Notes under the pieces: generated by a model | Told to the model about the DNA's origin: nothing | What the model saw: the letters and a program-made list of their open reading frames with translations, nothing else | Databases searched by the model: none | Made by a program: the position numbers and the translations under genes | Origin: a virus | Virus record (IMG/VR): IMGVR_UViG_3300031576_000013 | Span: 30,809 to 94,808 of that record | DNA: 64,000 nucleotides | Reading direction: 5' to 3' (one strand) | Shown here: piece by piece, positions 61,736 through 64,000 of the stretch | Numbering within the stretch: position 1 is the first letter of the stretch | How the letters are laid out: every line of letters starts with the position of its first letter

Positions 61736-62383
61736 TCATGGATTCCTGTGCAGAGCAACGACTTCCTGCGAGCCGCGCACCATCAGTGGGTGGCGGGGCT
61801 CGCCGTGCTTCGTGACGCCAAGGCACCAGGTGCCGCTCCTGACCCGCGCCAACCGTCGCACATGCCTGGCCGCGCGGTCCAACTCCGGCCGGATGCCGGC
61901 ACCCCACGCGAGCACGACGCGCGAGCACAGGTCGAATAGCGTGTCCAGCGCGTCTGCCTGCTCCTGCGACCATGCGCATGCGTAGGCGTAATCCCAGTCG
62001 AGCTTCTTCGGTTCCGTACCGCGCAGCGGTGTGAGGTTACCGACGATGACGCCACTCGCGCCCTCTGTCAGCCCGAAGCCACAGCACCGCCTCACCGTCG
62101 GGTCGTTCGTGGTCGCGCCCGCTTTCGATGGGTTGAGCATGCAGAACCCGAGCGGCTTCCTCTCGTCGATTACCAACGGATTGAATGCACGCCAGAGCAG
62201 ATAACGCTGTCGCCCATCCGGGCTCTCCCACGCCCCCGAGTGAGCACCGAGCCGCTCCCACCATTGGCCGCTGAGACACGGGCAGCCGGTGCAACATGGA
62301 TTTGGCACGTGGACCCTGAAGCACACTTCGCACTGGTGGTCCCACGGGTATAGGACGGAGCGGCTGCTGACGACAGCGGTCAT
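61736..62383 (-). CDS. DUF1643 family protein
   Basis: RY.LWR, MLNPS.A...DPT.RRC, V.NL..LR.T.P, AWG, LG.TK.G.PRHPL. Confidence 0.85.
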   Translation of the reverse strand: MTAVVSSRSVLYPWDHQCEVCFRVHVPNPCCTGCPCLSGQWWERLGAHSGAWESPDGRQRYLLWRAFNPLVIDERKPLGFCMLNPSKAGATTNDPTVRRCCGFGLTEGASGVIVGNLTPLRGTEPKKLDWDYAYACAWSQEQADALDTLFDLCSRVVLAWGAGIRPELDRAARHVRRLARVRSGTWCLGVTKHGEPRHPLMVRGSQEVVALHRNP

Positions 62384-62724
62384 TAGGAAGCCTTCTTCAG
62401 AGTATTTTGAATCATCGGCACCGTGTCTATGTACTCGCTAGAGGCCAGGATCTTTCCCGGGAGTGCACCGAGCGCGCGGTTTGGGTTCAGGTGGATACGG
62501 AGGTTGTCTCGGTCACCGGATTTGCACACCGAGAGAAGTCTCTGGCCCTCGGGGGAGAAGCACTCCCACGGGTCTCCGGTGGGGATGTCGCCCTCGGTGG
62601 TTATGATGATATCGGTGGTGTCGCAGTTGGTCACGGTCTCGAATTCCCTCGGGATGGTCACGGTTTGTCCGGCTCGGGTTGTGATTTCTATTTGGGTCTC
62701 CTTTTTTGTGTTTGAAGGGGTCAC
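62383..62724 (-). CDS. Hypothetical protein (start uncertain)
   Basis: TAATG coupling to the DUF1643 gene; strong SD AAGGAG precedes in-frame ATA at 62691. Confidence 0.5.
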   Translation of the reverse strand: MTPSNTKKETQIEITTRAGQTVTIPREFETVTNCDTTDIIITTEGDIPTGDPWECFSPEGQRLLSVCKSGDRDNLRIHLNPNRALGALPGKILASSEYIDTVPMIQNTLKKAS

Positions 62725-62820
62725 ACTGATAGGTCGGAATACACCGATTCTCTGTTGGCTTCACCAACTTGTCATTACGCAGTGTGCAATTCACAGCACA
62801 CTAGTCAGCTCCACCAGCTA

Positions 62821-62846
62821 CACACACACACACACACACACACACA
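62821..62846. repeat. (CA)13 microsatellite
   Basis: Perfect dinucleotide run, intergenic. Confidence 0.95.
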
Positions 62847-62856
62847 ACGATTTCCT

Positions 62857-62934
62857 TTACACCCTGGGGTACGCAATGACTCCATGGAACACGAGTGCGA
62901 TGCAGGCTGTGACGAGTAGCGTGAAGATTTCCAT
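62857..62934 (-). CDS. 25-aa single-TM peptide
   Basis: AGGAG-6 nt-ATG; MEIFTLLVTACIALVFHGVIAYPRV. Confidence 0.45.
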   Translation of the reverse strand: MEIFTLLVTACIALVFHGVIAYPRV

Positions 62935-63010
62935 CTAGTTCTCCTGGTTCTTGTGAGGTTGATTCCTCATACCAAGAGGTCGGGCGACACGGCGAGTAGG
63001 GCGGCGAGAG

Positions 63011-63202
63011 TCATTGTGCTTTGTCGTCGATTTCGCGATCGCGTTCTGCGTGATGTAACCGTCCCGCCAACTGTTTGGCAGCAATCGAACCCGTCCGACC
63101 GCTGCGGCTCTTGTGCTTCGGCTTCGCCGTGGGTCCGTGCCGCAGAATCGCGCGCGTTGCACGGCGTATTCGTCGCGTTCGCGACTTGTGCCTGCGTTTC
63201 AT
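63011..63202 (-). CDS. Small, highly basic protein
   Basis: Arg/Lys-rich; GGAGG SD; ATGA overlap with the upstream gene. Confidence 0.5.
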   Translation of the reverse strand: MKRRHKSRTRRIRRATRAILRHGPTAKPKHKSRSGRTGSIAAKQLAGRLHHAERDREIDDKAQ

Positions 63203-63960
63203 TGTGAGCCCTCCTCCATCGCGGATGCCGGTGAGTCTTCCGCAGCAGCTACCCGCGCCTCCGCCTGGGACGGCAGAAGCCCGACCACTGGCGCCTCTCC
63301 TCCTCCCCCGTTTTCCGACCTTGTGACCGCGGCTTCCAGTGCATCGAGTACGACGTCAGCGACTCGATCTGCCGCCCCTGCCGCCCTTGCCGCCTCTGCC
63401 GCCCCTGCCGCCCATGCCGCCTCTGCCGCCCATGCCGCCCTTGCCGCCTCTGCCGCCCCTGCCGCCCATGCCGCCCTTGCCGCCTCTGCCGCCCCTGCCG
63501 CCTCTGCTGCTGCTCGTCTCCATTCGTCTTGGCTCACTACGGCGCCCGCCGCCGAGCGGTCGAACAACCCCACCATCGCGTCCAGAGCATCCCGACATCC
63601 CCACTCGTCGGGTTCTTCTCGGCGGGCAACGCGCATGATCGCTGCACCCACAATGAATCCGGCGCGCCGCCATGCCTCAACGTCGAGCGCGTGCCACCGG
63701 CGCACCACGCCAGCGTAGCGTAGGACCACCTCGGGCCAATGCGCATCGCTCGGGTTGTCGTCGATCCACACGGTCAATTGCGCCATCCACTGTGGCATGA
63801 CTTCCGCTGGGCACGCCGCCGCGCTCTGTGCTACGCCCGCCTCGGGTGACAGCGCCGCCAAGAGGCACGCTCTCTCCTGCCCATCCATCCATCGGCGCCG
63901 CAACAATCGATTTTCAGCGATCATGGTATCCAGGTTTGACACTCGATCTTCCAGGTTCAT
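63199..63960 (-). CDS. Hypothetical protein with Ala-rich tandem repeats
   Basis: AGGAGG SD; W.DG.ERACLL..L...CPA..MP.W...DD; AAEAARAAW repeats. Confidence 0.7.
   Translation of the reverse strand: MNLEDRVSNLDTMIAENRLLRRRWMDGQERACLLAALSPEAGVAQSAAACPAEVMPQWMAQLTVWIDDNPSDAHWPEVVLRYAGVVRRWHALDVEAWRRAGFIVGAAIMRVARREEPDEWGCRDALDAMVGLFDRSAAGAVVSQDEWRRAAAEAAGAAEAARAAWAAGAAEAARAAWAAEAAWAAGAAEAARAAGAADRVADVVLDALEAAVTRSENGGGGEAPVVGLLPSQAEARVAAAEDSPASAMEEGSQ
63369..63507. repeat. In-frame 9-bp tandem repeat (TGCCGCCNN)
   Basis: Units encode AA-[E/R/W/G] triplets. Confidence 0.85.
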
Positions 63961-64000
63961 TTTTCCTCCTTACCCACAGCCATTTCACGCGTGACGGCGC

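Noticed and set aside
62821-62846. Phase-variable CDS through the (TG)13 run
   Set aside because: All three minus-strand frames stop within about six codons after the run.
1-64000. CRISPR array, tRNA, rRNA, integrase, reverse transcriptase/DGR
   Set aside because: No regularly spaced repeats, cloverleafs or diagnostic motifs recognised by eye; the 15-bp motif is dispersed, not arrayed.

Overview
A 64 kb stretch of a tailed phage (or prophage) genome with a contractile tail, GC-rich by eye. (1) A leftward head-neck-tail operon (1-22533): portal, a 1514-aa multi-enzyme protein ending in an XkdF-type head protease, scaffold, major capsid, decoration and neck proteins, sheath, an inserted HNH endonuclease, two gp19-like tubes, a -1 frameshifting tail chaperone and tape measure. 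(2) A divergent rightward cluster of fibre/decoration proteins, membrane proteins and an M15 endolysin (22614-35665). (3) A mostly leftward replication/recombination module (35642-54934): RepB-type primase, family A polymerase, family 4 UDG, SSB, Sak4-like ATPase, Cas4/RecB-like exonuclease and four helicases. Five of these genes carry LAGLIDADG inteins. (4) Terminase genes about 33 kb from the portal. (5) A mosaic of small accessory genes. The most notable signals are a dispersed asymmetric 15-bp motif (CGGGGAACCCAGAAG; five exact copies, all oriented with transcription, plus variants); a head-protease polyprotein carrying NTase-like, LigD-phosphoesterase-like and ATP-dependent ligase domains; a head protease and a UDG that each appear split over two genes; and an HNH gene inserted into a lytic transglycosylase gene. 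All family assignments come from motif recognition by eye; no searches were run.
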